From Camelus ferus (taxonomy: Eukaryota): a stretch of 64,000 nucleotides of DNA. Location of the stretch: NCBI RefSeq assembly GCF_009834535.1, contig NC_045696.1, positions 59,088,001 through 59,152,000 on the forward strand, in the 5' to 3' direction. The position numbers and the translations under genes are program-made. Shown here in pieces: positions 51,331-64,000 of the stretch (position 1 is the stretch's first letter; the number at the start of each line of letters is the position of its first letter). The notes below the pieces were generated by a model, which saw only the letters and a program-made list of their open reading frames with translations, made no database searches and was not told the DNA's origin.

Positions 51331-54300
51331 AATGTTTTAAATCTGATTTTCCCTCGGCTTACTTTCAATTTTGCCTTCATTTCTGAGGTGGCTTCATTTT
51401 TTCCTTCCATTTCTTTCCTAAATTCTGCCAACCCCATGCTTCCGTTCCTCCCACTGTCTCATCACCTTGTCCCTAACTTTTTGCTTCTCTGTTTGGTGCT
51501 CTTGATGTGAATTAATAGTTGTTTAAATCAGTTTTTAAAATTCATGACCAAATATTTAGTCAGAACTTTTATCTACTCTATGGTAACATTTTTTTCTGAT
51601 AAGTACTTTTAATTTACAGTTTTATTTTTCTATTTCTTTCTTCTTCTTTTCTCAAAATGTTCTGTATAGATCCTCTGCTGGTCCTTCTTGATGACTTGTT
51701 TTTGTGTTTTCGTTTTTGTTTTTTGAAGCAGATAAGGAAGGTTTACCTGCATCAGCTATTTGCAGAATGCTTGTATGTAAGAAGGGCTAGAATTTTCCTT
51801 AATCTTCAGAGTTTTGCGCAGTGACTTGTTCAGTGTTCTTTCTCCACATAGCAATAGGCATCTATACTTTCCCCCAATGTAAAAACTATGGATCCTCTTC
51901 CCATTGTCGTAAATTAAGGCTTTACAACTTTTCCCTCTGGGTGAGCTGCTCATCATTGAGCAGTGTACTCTGCTAGCTCATTCTGCTATCTGGAGCTGTA
52001 GCATTCCCTGTCTGTTTCCTTTCATATAGACCCAGCTTGATAACTACTGCTTTTGGCAGTTCTTCTAGCTCATTTGTGGCTTGGTTTTAGAGCTGTCTCC
52101 TAGTTTTCCCCACAAATGGAGCTTGTACTCCTCTTGTTGGTTTTGATTTCTACAAAAGAAAGGGGAAAGGACAACTTTAAACTACCATCTTCACACTGAA
52201 ATCCAATGGAAACTATAGTTTAAATGTGAGGGTGAAATAAAAATATTCCTCAGAGAAGCACCACACAATCTCTTTGAAAGTGATATTATCTAGAAGAGAA
52301 ATAAATATGGAGGGCACCTGAGATAGGAGTGTTAAAGGAAAAGACAAAGCACAGCAATTCAAAGCTAAAATTCTGTATGACCCCACAGTGAGTGTCCATG
52401 AGCACTGTGTGCCTACTTCCTTTGGTGTTGGGAACCTTCTTCTTGGAAGCTGTAGCATTTTGAGCTGCAGAGAGTCATTAAGATCATATTACCTCATCTG
52501 GCAGGTCCTGGGGCTCTAGGTCCCTCAGAGGCACACTTTGGTCTTTAAATGCTCAATGTGGCACACAGTAGAGAACTAATAAATTATAAACGGTTGAAGG
52601 TCACATAGACTATGAAGATAGTCACTTGTTCACCTGACTTCCAATCCAGGGCTCATTCTCTTCTAATGCACCGTTAATAAAACGAACTTTCCCATAGACT
52701 TAACTATCAGTGCCTGTTCAAGTTAGTGTCTTATATTCATCAATGATCTATCATGACCTTTTCTCAAACTTTGGCCAAAGATACAAAACTACAGTTTAAA
52801 TTCTCATACTCTTTCTGGGTTAAGTTAGGGGACAAGAGAAGTTGCTTTATGTGTCATCTATTATTACAGAAATCTGACCAGATGGATTTTTAGACCAGTT
52901 GAGATGGGGGGAGGGAAAAGGTGATGACAAGTGAGTTCAGTCTGTCATGAAAAAAATGATCATTAGCTTTGTGTGGGGGAAGGGTGAAGTGGTGGTATAT
53001 AGGTCACTGCTCTAAATGGTGAAGACATACTTACTCAAATATTTATTAACTTGTTCTAGCTTGTGTCCCATCTTCCACTAATCTATCTCCCTAGTTTAAG
53101 ACAGCAAGTCTCATAGTATTGACTTAAAAAAAAAAGAGAGAGAAAAAAAGATTAATTTTCTTTCCTACCATTGAGGCTCTGGATTTAAAAATTTTCCCTT
53201 TACTCCTTTCTTCTCACCAAACCACAAACTACTAACCTCCAAAAGGGTCTGTTCTGCTTGTTTTGGAGCTGCTGACTTTTAAAAATACTTGATTCTGGTC
53301 TCCTACCCTATTCTGGGCCTAGAGCTCACAGCCAAGTGCAGAATAATCTGCAAAGGATGGTGGGATAAAAATATGTACCTTGGATGTGTGCTCTCTATTG
53401 AGCTGTGGACAACATTCCTTGTTTTAGATTTGAACAAATATGTAAGTCTCCAGCTCCAAAGGGGACAAAATTTTCCCTCTGGATAGTCTGTCATACCTCT
53501 GCATGTCTCCTTATCTCCATGGAAAAGGAGCCCTCTTACTCTCTGGCTGAAGAGAAGATAGTGTTGGGGTCCTGGAAATGTCAGAACTCACTGTGAGTGC
53601 CAGTGTTGGTGGGAGAACCAACTCATGTAACTTTTTCCATCTACTTTAAAAACAAGTTTGAATGACTTTTAATGGAATTGGCCAAGTGATAGGTGGGAAA
53701 ATTGTTTTATTAGCATTATGCCACATGCCAAACAGAATTTAAGAACATTGTGTGCCTTTCATAAAGCAAAAATAAAACCTTAAATTTCTAGTACAACACA
53801 CACACACATACACATATATACATGTAGACCAACTATATACAATTAGTGACCATTATCAACTATATAGTGTTGATAGTTCACAAAGCATTTTTCACTTATT
53901 TAATCCTCACAATAAATTACAGAAGGAATTTCTTATTATTAGACTGTGCTAGTAGAGAAAAAGGTATACAGCTAGATTTTGGTGACAGATCTGAGGCCCC
54001 AGCAGTTTAAGTGATCATGAGATTCAGCTGATATCCAGGAGACACCATAGTGAAGAAAACAGACGGAGAATCACAATATCCGGGTCAAGGTGTTAGCTGT
54101 GGGAACTTGAGCAAATGTCTTTAATATTTTTGGCTTCGATTTCCCTATTTCTAAAACTGAGATTGGACTAGATGATCGTAAGCCCCCTTTTATCTGTAAA
54201 AGTTGACGTCTGTAAAACATAAAACCAAAACTATCCACAGTGTTTTATACCAGGAGTATTTTAAACTTCTAAGTAGGGAATGCTAATAGAAATGATGATG

Positions 54301-55145
54301 TTCAAATATTAGTCCTGAGATATATGGAATTATTAAGAGATACCAGGAATATCAGAGCTTTTTGAATCATATGTGACAAATAATAACCTCCCTTCTTTAT
54401 ATAAATCTTCTTTGGAGTTGGCAGGGCCTTCCCACTGATTGGAAGAATGACCTACTTCATATACAGTTCAAAATACTCTGAGCAAAACCTGATGGTTAAC
54501 TAACTGAAAGACACGTTTGGTCAAAATGCTAGGAATACATTACCAAATAGATTGTTAAATCATGGGGTGACCAAAGAGAACGTTTAGTCAAATCCTCACA
54601 TTTTATAACTGGAAAAAAAGGGTTCATACAGACAGCAGTAGAACCTGAACCCAGGGATCCTGACTCCCAGTCTAGCTCTTTTCACCATTCCTTATGGCCT
54701 CTAAGAACAAACCTGGCTTCAAGGAGAACAAGCACTTTGAGTGATAAATATGAGCTCTTCCTTTAGGGACAGCTGTGGCCAATTGTTTGGCAATAACCTC
54801 AGTCTTTGAGTTACTGCTCATTTCTAGCTGGACAGGGCCTGGGACCCCTGAGCTGTCCTAACATGATGGCACACGAAGTACCAAGAATGACAATAAGAAT
54901 ATTATCTGGAAACTAACTATAGCCTTAATATGATGTGTAGTATACTGTGATGGCTAAAGATAACCAACTCAATCTTTGCCCATTTTAAAACAATTTTAAC
55001 TAGATCATAGGAAATGATAAGCTAACTGTATTCTGCCTGATCATATCACATCTGGAGTTCATTGCTCATTGCTGGATTTAAATTTTAAGACCTTGACAAA
55101 CTGGAGGACTTCACAAGTGGGCAAGCAGGATGGCGAGGGCTATTA

Positions 55146-55584
55146 ATTATTATTTTTTTAATTGAAGTTTAGTGGATTTACAATATTATGTTAGTTTCAG
55201 GAGTACAGCTAAGTGATTCAGTTATATATATGTATTTTTTTCAGATTATTTTCCATTATAGGTTATTGAATATAGTTCCCTCTGCTATACAGTAAATCCT
55301 TGTTGCTTATCTATTTTACGTTGTAGTTTGTATCTGTTAATCCCCAAACTCCTAATTTGTCCCTTCCCATCTCCTCCTTTTCCCCTTTGGTAATCGTAAG
55401 TTTGTTTTCTATGTCTGAGTCTGTTTCTGTTTTGTGTATAGATTCACTTGCTTTATTTTTTAGATTCCACATGTAAGGGATTTATATGTGTCTCTGACTG
55501 ACTGACTTCACTTAGTGTGATATTCTCTAGGTCCATCAATGTTGCTGCAAATGGCATTATTTCATTCTTTGTTATGGCTGCATA

Positions 55585-55652
<68 letters not shown>

Positions 55653-55912
55653 CACATCTTCTTAAACCAATTGTCTGTTGATGAGCAATTGGGTTGTTCC
55701 CATGTCTTGGCTATTATAAATAGTGCTGCTATAAACACTGGGGTGCAGTCTTTTTGGATTAGTTTTCATCTTTTCCAGATATATGCCCAGCAGTGGGATT
55801 ACTGGATCATATAGTAGCTCTATTTTTATTTTAAGGAACCTCTATACTGTTTTCCACCATTGCTGCACCAATTTACATTCCCAACAGTGTAAGAGGGTTC
55901 CCTTTCTCCACA
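55146..55912 (-). mobile_element. Artiodactyl-type L1 3' end containing a (TG)n microsatellite
   Basis: Antisense L1 3' UTR and ORF2 end. Degenerate TSD ggcgagggctatt / ggtgagtgctctt. Confidence 0.9.
55586..55650. repeat. Long perfect (TG)n microsatellite (about 32 units)
   Basis: Directly visible. Confidence 0.97.
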
Positions 55913-56999
55913 GGGTGAGTGCTCTTTAAATGTTGTCGTAAGTCACAGATTGTACACTGCCCTCCAGCTGTCAAAGTGCTTTGCCTACATTTATCCCTCC
56001 TACAAATCAGTGAGGTAGGCTGGTGGACTAGATTAACCTTATAAGGAATTAAAAAAAAAAGTTTCTGCCCTATCTCCACTCCTAAAGATTTAAGTATCTG
56101 TTGCTTCTCCACAGCACAAGCCATAGTGTAAAACTGTTTGCTAAACAAGTGAATTTTGCTTCAGAAAATAACAGGTATAAAGAATACAAGTTACAGGGAG
56201 GCTAATGCTAGGAGCTTAGATGTGTGTAATAAAGCTATAAACCAGGTGTTGCATGAAATTACCTAGAAGTGAAGCCTAGATGACCATTTGTCAAGGATTT
56301 AGTTAAGGCCAACAACAGTTATTAACTGCTTACTATCTGATAGGCACCAAGCGTCACGGGGGTGTCAAAGATGAATAAATCCTGGCCAGCTGCCCTTAAG
56401 CATGTAGAGTAGGAGAGGCTGATATATAAACTGATACACACATCAGCAGGGGTATATACAGGGTACAGAAGTAGTACCACAGGTTTGAAGGGTGAGTAAG
56501 AATTTGTCAGGAGCCTGAACTATAGCATGGTCCAGGCAAACGGTGTACCTGGGATCTTACTGGTGGTACGTATGACTGTAAAACAGATGCCCTCTCTGGG
56601 TATAAGAATAAGACAGAAGACTCTTAAAGTCCTTTCAAAAACCAACTTTAAGTCCTACAGAAGTCCCCAAGACCTTACGATCTCTGGTAATTCTCTGGGA
56701 GGCCCTACTCAGGACAACAGCCTTAAATAAGATAGTGCCCAGTTCTCTACACATGTGTACTAAAACATCAAAATACAATGTGTGATATAGTCACAGAACC
56801 CATTTGTTTAAGTGATTCTGAACAGAGTGAAATAAAAAATTAACACTGATTATGATCAATGATTAAGGGAATGTTAGCTCGCAAATCAAATCCAACTTTA
56901 ACTAGTGGTATGCTTAAATCCTGGGCTCCTAAAAACAATTTTTGAGAAGGGTCCTCTCACCCTAATAATTAAAATTTTAGCCAATTCTGTCATTTTGTC

Positions 57000-57175
57000 C
57001 TCTTACCCCATTTTCTTCTTCATGGCATTTATCCTTTGCTTGTGTCACACTGTAAGTTCCTTAGGGGTAGAGAATACCTGTCTTGCTCACTGTTGTATTC
57101 TTAGAGCCCAGAACAGCACTTGACACATATTAGAGCTTTCAATTCCCTTATTCATTGAATGAATGAATGAATGTT
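57000..57175 (+). mobile_element. L2 3' end
   Basis: ctgtaagttccttaggggtag...ttgaatgaatgaatgaatg. Confidence 0.75.
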
Positions 57176-57902
57176 TAGCTGAAGAGACTGGCCCACAATA
57201 TGAGCACTAGATACATACTTAAGTTGTGATGTGGCTGCATGCCCTTTCCATCTTACTAGGCTTTGCAATTCTGCCCTACTTCCAGGTAGTTGAAGCAGGC
57301 TTTTATAACTTAAAGCACTTGACATAAATGCCACTGTTAGTGCAAAGTGAAGATTTCTGGATGATTCACTACACTCCAAGGGTGGCAAGGATAAGAGAAG
57401 AATGTGCACCAAGTATTTCTTTGGCTTCTTTAGCCCTGCTCCTGGGATCTCTACACTTGGTAAAACAGATTCAGATTCTAACTTTCATCTTCAATCGTAT
57501 TCACAAATACTAAATCCATCATGAACAATTTGTATATTACCTCTAGAGATCCAAGAAAGGACAGTAGAATAGTGTCAAAATGCTGGAGGATAGTTTCTTC
57601 CCTTTCTACACCCAGTATATATCAGGAGATACTGGATTCATCCTGCCAGAGGTTAGGGGACACTTCACGTGCTTTTCACATTCTAGGACATCAGAAAAGG
57701 CTTGTGAGAAGGCTGAGACTGGGGACCAGAACGACTCTTCCGAGACTATGATGAGGCAGTTACAAAGACTCCTAGTGTGAAGATCTCAACTGAACTACTG
57801 TGAATGGGCACTCTTTCTCTCCTTTTTAACCCACTCTCCATTATCAGTTATTAAGACTTAAAATTAGAATTTGTTAAGTTTGAGCTTAACCAAGAACTTG
57901 AT

Positions 57903-58022
57903 TTGGGGGGGGGGCAGGTAATTAGGTTTACTCATTTAGTTTTAGAAGAGGTGCTGGGGATTGAACCCAGGACCTTATGTATGCTAAGCATGCGCTCTGC
58001 CACTTGAGCTATACCCTCCCCC
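57903..58022 (-). mobile_element. Vic-1-type SINE
   Basis: Reverse complement matches the SINE at 6057 (A and B boxes, tail). Confidence 0.9.
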
Positions 58023-58034
58023 GATTTTTCATTT

Positions 58035-58890
58035 TAGACATTGCTCAGGGTGACTTGAACTGATCAAATTAAAAACCTTAGTGTCATCTTTGATTTCTCA
58101 TTCTCTTTCATTTTCTATTAAGTCACCAAACCTATTAAAAATTTTTTCAGTTTGTCTCTCTTTTTTCACTTTTATTGCTAATGGCTTATCAATTTATGTC
58201 TGGACTACTGCAACAGTTTCCTAAGGGGTCTCTAGCCTCTCCCTCCTCTAATACTTCTTATTTACCATTACTCTATGCAATTTTAAGAACATTCAATTCC
58301 ATCTGTGATCCTCAATTTAAAAAAAAAACAAACACCACCAAAGATATCCTTACACTGAATGACTTCATAGTGTGTAATGGTTATTCCTCAGCCTGGAGCT
58401 CAAGGCATTCTACAATCTGACCCCAGCTCTTCTAAACTGTGTTAGCATCATCTGTATTGCCATTACCACATGGTCATCTCAATCCCTCTATTTTAGTCAG
58501 GTTGGTGTACTTACTGTCGTCTTAATATACCACTCAACCGCAACATTTTGATGATACTGACTTTCTATGGGGTTAACATTTTGAGGATTTTGAGGATTAT
58601 CCAAATCCTATACATTCTTTAAGATCCAAATGAAGTTTCTTCTATTCCAGTTCTTTTTCTACCATTTTTGGGGTTCTTTCTACTCTAAACTTCTATGAAA
58701 CTCAGTGTCTATCCCACCCACTTTGCTATGGTCTTATTTCATCTTAAAACTGAACCAAATTCTTTCATGTTTCTATGCCATGTGTGTGTCTTACATCAAA
58801 TAAACAGTAAGCTCTTGATAAAGGTCCCTCAAGGATTTCCCAGTCTAATTTATTCTTTAATCAAACTATTAACCCCTAATTAACTGAACC
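58035..58890 (+). mobile_element. Degenerate L2
   Basis: aaccttagtgtcatctttgatt and tctggactactgcaacagtttcctaa motifs. Confidence 0.6.
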
Positions 58891-59508
58891 TACAAACATC
58901 TAAAATTGTTCTTTGCACCTGATGATGCCCATCCTATATTAAGGTCAAAAGTGGACAATTTTCTTGTATTATCATCTAATAATCTTAAGAACTTACTTCT
59001 GCCTATGAATAACAACTGAATATTTGGGAGTAGACAGATGACATAATTTTCTTCCTTGCTTTGTTATTTCATATTTCTGAACTGTACCTCTGACCTTATG
59101 TGTTCAAGAGTTGTGACCTGTTACCTCCCCATAAACCAAGGAATTAATTTATGAATATCAGAAGTAAGAAAAATTAAAAACATTAACAGACAATTCTGTG
59201 AAAATAGATTAGAATTCATTTACTATTTTCAGACTTGAGAAATCTCTTTCTATAAACTCTGAACATGTCAAAGAGACTGTACCTGGGTCCTTCAGAAGTT
59301 GTAGTCCCAACATTTAAAAACCAGCAGGAAGAGGCTCTGGTATCAGCAGAGCACTCTTTAACGCTAAAATCTGCTCAAGCACTAAAGACAATGACCCAGG
59401 CAGGTGATGTGTATGAAGTATCACTGATAGCACAACATTCACCAACTTTCTAAGAGTTAAAGTGTGCTGCTTAGATGCAAGGAGATGACACCAAGTAGTT
59501 ATCATCTT

Positions 59509-59599
59509 CTGGAGTCTAGCAATGTTGGCATCTAGTGCTGCAAGACCATTTCAAAAGTCTTGTTCATCACGAGAAGTGAACCATGAAAAAGAAGAAATG
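59509..59599 (-). pseudogene. Duplicated fragment of the CCDC14 C-terminal coding sequence with an in-frame stop
   Basis: Ungapped match to 60528-60618, 82/91 identical by manual alignment. Translates [29 protein letters not shown]. Confidence 0.9.
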
Positions 59600-59789
59600 T
59601 GCTAGGTATACTAGGAAGTGCTAGTATAAAGAAGCAGAGACCAACCTAGCTCATATTACTTATAGAATAGACAGTGTTCTCAGCTAAACTGCTAAAAAAA
59701 AAAATTCATCCAGAAAGGCAGAATTACAAATAGTTCAAGATTTATAAAATCCACCACGTTCAAACATAATGACAAAAAACAAATAAACA

Positions 59790-60494
59790 TTTATTTAAAA
59801 ACCAAATTTCCAAAAGTAAAACTTATCTGTTAGTATTTCTTTATCAGTCTGACTTCAGTTTTTAATGGTCTTAAACATGAATTCAGGATAAAAATAAATA
59901 AAAGTGTCAAAATTTTAAGAAACCATATATTAACTTAGGATGTTATCTATATATTTTTAGACCAATCAACGTTTTTAAGAAGTGGAGATATTGGCACTTT
60001 TTCTCTTAAAATAAATGTTGATATGTCTCACCAACACCACCAGCCTGTAGCACAGAACATCCCATATAAAAACACAGTGTCATTAAAATCAAACAGGAAT
60101 CCTGAAAGAGAAAAGAAACTCTAGTTTTAACACAGTAAATTATAACCAAAGACTCCCTTCCCATTATCCTTTAGGACGACCAGAGAATCCTTCTAACCTG
60201 CACCCTGAGCCCAGCAAAGTAAGAAAAAGCTCTAATTGCTAAATACTAAATAAAATATTTACAATACTTACAGTACTTTCCTAGTTATACACAACTTTCT
60301 TCTTTTAGCAAATGTCAATTTCTTAGGATGACTTGTTTCTATAAGCAGTGTCAATATATTCCAATAATAAATTTATTATTCAATTTATTCTTTCACACAT
60401 AATTAATATAAAACTTTTCTCTAAAGAAATTTAAAATATACATTCAATGTAGCCAAGTTCTATTCTTAAAAAGGATTTTTCTCTTCTTCTGAGT
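59790..60494 (-). other. CCDC14: CCDC14 3' UTR with candidate poly(A) signals
   Basis: AT-rich non-repeat sequence after the stop. Minus-strand AATAAA at 60384-60389, 60372-60377 and 59790-59795. The true 3' end cannot be determined from sequence. Confidence 0.6.
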
Positions 60495-61431
60495 TTACTT
60501 CTCCAGAAGACCGGTCCTTAAGGACTCCTGGAGGCGAGCAATGTTGGCATCCAGTGCTGCAAGGCCATTTCGGAAGTCTTGTTCATCACGAGAAGTGAAC
60601 GTTGAAAAAGAAGAGATGCTCCAATCAGAGGTCAAGTCAGAATTTAAAAAGCTACCATCGGAGACTGCACTGCTTTTCACCTGAATGCTGCTCCTCTGAC
60701 AAGTGGAGGGGCCGTGACATGCAGCCAATTCCTCTAGCTCCTTGGTGGCAGCAGGGATCTTGCAAATGGCTTCCTTTATTTTCTCGAGGAGCTGTTTGTC
60801 CTCCATATCAGCTGTTCTGGAAAGTTTCTCAGGCACATCTGCTTCCTTTTTGGAAGAGGAGCAAACTCCGAGTGCACACAATTTATTTTCTTTTTCAGCG
60901 ACAACAAGTCCACTGTTGCTGACACACTGCGGTGGAGCTACACTGAGTTGTGGCTGGGGGGATAATCTCTTGGACAGTGGTGATTTCTTTACTGAAGTGC
61001 TTCTAGCAAATGGAATGTAAATTGTCTTATCCAAATTATACTCTTCTATTAAAGTTGTAACTTCACTCTCTTCATCAGAATCCTGTTTTGAAAGGGCAGA
61101 AATGATTCCTGGGGCTGATACTTCCTCCATGCTCCTAGTATTACTATGTTGAGGGCCTTTGGAGGGCAGAACATTTTCATAGGGTCTACCTGGCACTATG
61201 TTTTTCTCATTGCTAATTGCAGAAAGTGGTTCTGAATGTGTAATGATAGACTGATCTGGTTCTAACTTATTTAAGTAGCTCATTATGGAAGTGTGAGCAG
61301 GGATTGGGTCATGCTGAGGTTGTTTTTCATAAATGTTCAGAAGTGATTTGGTAAGATTATTCCCAGACTTGCAGCGAGCACTGTCCATACTAAGATCTGA
61401 GAGAAGCTTTGCCATACTGCTCTGTAAAGTT
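60495..61431 (-). CDS. CCDC14: Terminal coding exon of coiled-coil domain-containing protein 14 (centriolar satellite protein). Upstream exons lie beyond the window.
   Basis: 306-aa ORF ends ...[39 protein letters not shown], matching the CCDC14 C-terminus as I recall it. Splice acceptor ttcttcttaacAG|A at 61432/61431 continues in frame (T-L-Q-S-S-M-A-K), so the Met at 61415 is internal. Stop TAA at 60495-60497. Confidence 0.95.
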
Positions 61432-61799
61432 CTGTTAAGAAGAATTTAGTACACTAATTATTTCTTTTTACCCACTTCTTTATTTATTCAAACACACTCA
61501 TCTTTTAAAAGAAAGGATTTGAGGCAAGCACTACTTAATATGGAAAAAAGCAACTAAAAGCCCAAAATCACAGAACATACTCTGGACACAGTAAATTAAA
61601 ATGACAAATGAGAAAAGATCTTGGTCTGCATCCTAATAAACACTGGAAAAGACAGACTGTGTCACTTGGAAGAATGAGCAGGTACTAATTTGTTACAAAT
61701 TTTCTTCACAAACGCATCACATATGTTAAACAGTATTTAGTCCAGTTTACCCTTTAAAAAAGATGTTATTTCCCTACGTATATCAAGGACCTAGAAGCT

Positions 61800-62190
61800 T
61801 TAAAGACTTGAATATGCCACATTTTCTGATCCATCAATTTGCACTTCTAGGAATTTATTCTCCTGATATACACCAAGAGGTTGTACCCAAAGATATATTT
61901 ACAAAGATGTAATTAATCATAAAAAAAATAGATGGACAATATCTTTACCTTCAAGTACAGTGGACTGATTTTAGGTAAATTACAGTATAACTGCATCACA
62001 GCCATTTATACTCATGTTGGAGAGAGTATTTATTAATGGGGAAATATTCGTTGTATAAGGTTAGCCGTAAGTAACATAGTAACTATACTATTTTTGTAAA
62101 AACAGTTACATATCCAAATAAAATATTAAAAGGAAATCTCTATACTAAACACTTAGCAGTGATTATATCTTTAGGTATGGAATGAGTAAC
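61800..62190 (+). mobile_element. Old L1ME-type 3' fragment in the CCDC14 intron
   Basis: tgatccatcaatttgcacttctaggaatttattct motif. Confidence 0.6.
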
Positions 62191-64000
62191 TTTTTTCCTA
62201 CAAAAGAAAAAAAATATTTTTTCCAATCTGGCTTACACTATCACCTTAAATATGCTATGTTTTGAGTTCTGATTGCCCTTCAAATGGCAATGGCTCCAGC
62301 CACTTTTACTCACACCTCTTTCAAGAAGCTAATGAGCTACTATTAAAAGATAAAAAATATGACATAGAAACATATCTTTAAGGAAATGCTGTAATGAATA
62401 ATGACCCACTAGTTAATTCAATCAGACGGCATACTGGAATTTTTATTTTTAGAAAAGAAATACTTATGCTGAAGTTCCTTTCCAGACTTAAATAAAAATG
62501 TTATCTTTGCTGTGTACAAAATCTGCAATATAGAAAGGAAGGAAGGGACAATGTAGTAAGATCTGAATCTCTGGAATTTAGTATCAATCACTAAGTTTCT
62601 CATGTGCAAACAAAATGTGACACCACTGTCTTTGAAATTAATAGAAAACTCTGTAAGTAAAGAGATAAAAATATGTCAAAATTTTAAAGGCAGTAATACA
62701 AGTACCTGAATAGCTACAAAGTGAATATATTCATGTTTCTGTTATATAAGACTTAGCTATACACACTGATTTTTAATGCTTAGAAAACTGGCATATTTTC
62801 ATAATAAGAAATGTAATGTTCTTTTTTGGCTACTTAAAAAATACAGTAATTTATACAACTATCAGCACTTGTAAGAGTGCTCTTAGACACTATTAGAATA
62901 TTTACATTTACTTACTGAAAAATATATTAATTTCCCACACATTTTAATGGTTTTATAACATGTTACTAGGGTAAAATCTAAAAAAAAAGGATAAAGATGT
63001 ATTTTGAAATTATTGAAGGTTGGAGAAGAAAGAGATGGTTTAGGAAATTTGTTTAGAACTTGTATGTGTAACTTCTAGCCCCATTATCCTTCTAGTCTGA
63101 GAAAGGCATTTAAAAATTTTGCAAAATCTCTAAGAGCCTATTTAACACATACAAAAAACATACACCTATCTGACTGAGGTGTACAGCTACAGGAGGAGAG
63201 ATGGGGAGAGGAGCATGAAGACTCATCTGTACTGTCAGATGTCACTGCTTTACTCTCTAATGTCAAAAATAAAATTTAAATAGTCACAGTAGCCCAGCTA
63301 TAGTACTGGAGATGTTCCTAATTAACTGAATTGCATAGGGTGCCACCAAACATATTACAAATCATGAATGTGGGTGAATTTTGATACAACTGAGCTCAAA
63401 GAGCATTTGTGTGTGTTTATTTTGCTTTTTAATTTAAAGGACAAAACAAAAATTTTCATCAATGTGTATACTTAGCATTTTGAAGCTATTACTGAGTCTT
63501 CAGAAAATGCAGTGGTGGTACCCACCCCTACAAAGCACTGTGCTAAGCCTGTCCACTATGTTTCTACAACCATTTAGAGTCCAGTTAGTCGGACTAATAG
63601 GTGAGCTAGTAGTCACAAGGCAAGATTTATGCCCAGCATAAATAGAAAAGATCCTTGACAACAATGGAAAAAAAAAAAACTGACAGGAAAGTTCTTGAGA
63701 GTCTTCAGAAAAGGAGAACAAAATATCTGATCCCACATAGTCTTTTCTAAAAGCAGATAATATATAAGAATTAATGAACTTTCTCAGTTCCTATGCTTCT
63801 ATGTTAGAGTAATGTTAAGGCTCTAATTAGCATGCAAATCATTACTCATTCCTAGAGAACACTGGAAAATACAGACTGTGTCATTTGGAAGAATGAGCAG
63901 GTACTAAGGTATCTTCTTACAAAGACAGAAGAATCTCTCAATAACGGGTCATCTTGTCTCAGAGAGAAGCTATCCTCTTCAAAACAGGAAGCAAGGCTGA

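Noticed and set aside
59265..59453. 62-aa + strand ORF beside the CCDC14 duplicate
   Set aside because: No recognisable homology, and length is within chance expectation.
1..64000. CRISPR array, operon or other prokaryote-style novel system
   Set aside because: The sequence is repeat-rich mammalian DNA with one coding exon. No regularly spaced repeat-spacer array or gene cluster was seen.

Overview
Mammalian genomic DNA, most likely camelid: it carries tRNA-derived SINEs of the Vic-1 type and a young lineage-specific L1 3' end. Both genes are on the minus strand. At the right end is the large terminal coding exon of CCDC14 (60495-61431) with its 3' UTR and part of the preceding intron. At about 36.9-37.9 kb is a CpG-island promoter with non-coding exon 1 (about 37353-37450) and non-coding exon 2 (30578-30644) of MYLK (long isoform); positions 1-30577 are MYLK intron 2. 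This matches the CCDC14-MYLK order known from human 3q21. Gene identifications rest on my recollection of the human sequences, not on a database search. Most of the remainder is interspersed repeat (L1, L2, MIR, MaLR/ERV LTRs, hAT and Tigger DNA transposons), with approximate subfamily names and boundaries. Almost all short ORFs in the track are spurious. I found no new multi-gene system. The best oddities are small: an upstream AUG plus an A16 tract in MYLK exon 2; a pseudogenised 91-bp copy of the CCDC14 C-terminal motif 1 kb downstream; an L1+MER58 unit apparently co-duplicated with a hAT-like target duplication; a 50-bp dispersed intronic duplication; and a tandem octamer in the MYLK promoter.
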